Part shown: in pieces, positions 62,961 to 64,000 of the stretch | Layout of the letters: each line of letters begins with the position of its first letter | Position numbering within the stretch: the first letter of the stretch is position 1 | Source of the DNA: the human T2T-CHM13v2.0 reference genome, Homo sapiens | Length of the DNA stretch: 64,000 bases | NCBI RefSeq assembly: GCF_009914755.1 | Contig: NC_060930.1 | Reading direction: 5' to 3' (one strand) | Position numbers and translations under genes: made by a program | Notes under the pieces: model-generated | Databases searched by the model: none | The model's input: only the letters and a program-made list of their open reading frames with translations | Told to the model about the DNA's origin: nothing

Positions 62961-63958
62961 TCACTGGATTCAGGAAGCAATGAGATCAGGGCCAATGACA
63001 GTCTCCATTTGCTTCCCAACCCACCAGACCCCAAGTATCCATTGTCAAGACTATGTTTTATCCACTTTGTATTCAGTCACTACTAGAATAATCTCCTTTA
63101 CCCTCCCCAACTCACCAGGCCCACTACTGTCTATGCCTGGCACTTGGAGGGGTGGTAGGTGGATGGATGGATGGATGGATGGATGGGTGAATAAGTACAT
63201 AAAAACTTTCCTCTTTTGTTGCAATATAATTCATATTTCATTCAAATACCAGGATAAAGTCTTTATCTCCTCTTCAAGGAGATGTTGTCCTTTTTCCTAT
63301 CAAAATTTACCAAATGTCTGTAGCTGGCCAGTTTCTAATCATAATAAAAACCAAAAGATATCATAATTTGGGTAGCATATCTCAGGATCTGGGAATTAAA
63401 AAAAAATCTATATCATGATGTCACTGAGAACATTAGTATCTTCTAAGTGTTGTCTTCTACATTAGCCCTGTATATTCCCATCAGAATGAAAGGGATTAGG
63501 ATTAGAGCTAGGGCTAGAGTTGATATATTACCCTGGAATGTTTCAAAAGTTTTTTTTAAAAAAAAGAATCTGAAGTTTAGATTTGAGAATATCATTAAGG
63601 GAAGTCTTATAATTTACCTTCAAACAAAATGCAATTTTATTGCTAAAGTGAGGCATGAGTTATTTTACAGCCAAAGAGAAGGTACAGTATTAAACACATC
63701 ATTTGTTTATTTTGAAAATACACCCTGGACCTGTGGATGTACATACTGTAATTGAAGTCATCTCAACAACAATTACTGGCCAGTTTCACACTCACTTAGC
63801 GGGGGAGGTGTGTTTCAATTAGTGGTTTCTTGCCAGTACTTCCTCATACTTTTTAGGCAACTCTTTGGACATTAGGGGGTTGTAGAGAAGTAGAAAGGAA
63901 AACTCATTACCCAGCCCTCAGAGAGTTCAGAAATTAAGTATAAGTTTGTACTACTCAC

Positions 63959-64000
63959 GGCTCTGCCTGTAGGCTTCTGTCCTCAGCCACGTAGTTAGAA
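63959..64000 (-). CDS. FRK: FRK coding exon 1, 3' end (C-terminal part of SH3 domain); continues beyond the window
   Basis: Minus strand reads (T) TCT AAC TAC GTG GCT GAG GAC AGA AGC CTA CAG GCA GAG CC|gtgagt = SNYVAEDRSLQAE(P). This is the SH3 'PSNYV' motif followed by the FRK linker. Consensus donor GTGAGT at 63958-63953, phase 2, which joins exon 2 to make CCG (Pro). Confidence 0.95.

Noticed and set aside
63493-63521. Telomere-like hexamers (GGGATTAGGATTAGAGCTAGGGCTAGAG)
   Set aside because: Too short and degenerate, with no intact TTAGGG run.

Overview
Primate (human or great-ape-like) genomic DNA, AT-rich and dense in repeats. The window is almost entirely intronic sequence of the Src-related tyrosine kinase gene FRK on the minus strand. 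It contains the last 42 nt of coding exon 1 (63959-64000, end of the SH3 domain), a 56.5-kb first intron (7438-63958), the 122-nt exon 2 (7316-7437, start of the SH2 domain) and about 7.3 kb of intron 2. Intron 1 carries a processed TPI1 pseudogene (consistent with TPI1P3, antisense to FRK), an internally deleted L1PA7-like LINE-1 and a 5'-truncated L1PA2/3. Alus, ERV/MaLR LTRs (THE1D, 2x MER57, LTR26-like, MER21, MER90-like, MLT1), older L1/L2/MIR/DNA-transposon fossils and simple repeats are spread through both introns. Nearly all ORFs in the supplied track are repeat-derived or random, and both real exons are missing from it. I see no new multi-gene system. The best leads are a 106-bp Alu/snaR-related (ASR-like) Pol III SINE with a perfect 15-bp TSD, a perfect FRK-sense splice donor in the L1 antisense-promoter region, a palindromic CTCF-like site, and several small template-switch or duplication scars. 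Repeat subfamily names come from my recall of consensus sequences and need RepeatMasker/Dfam confirmation.
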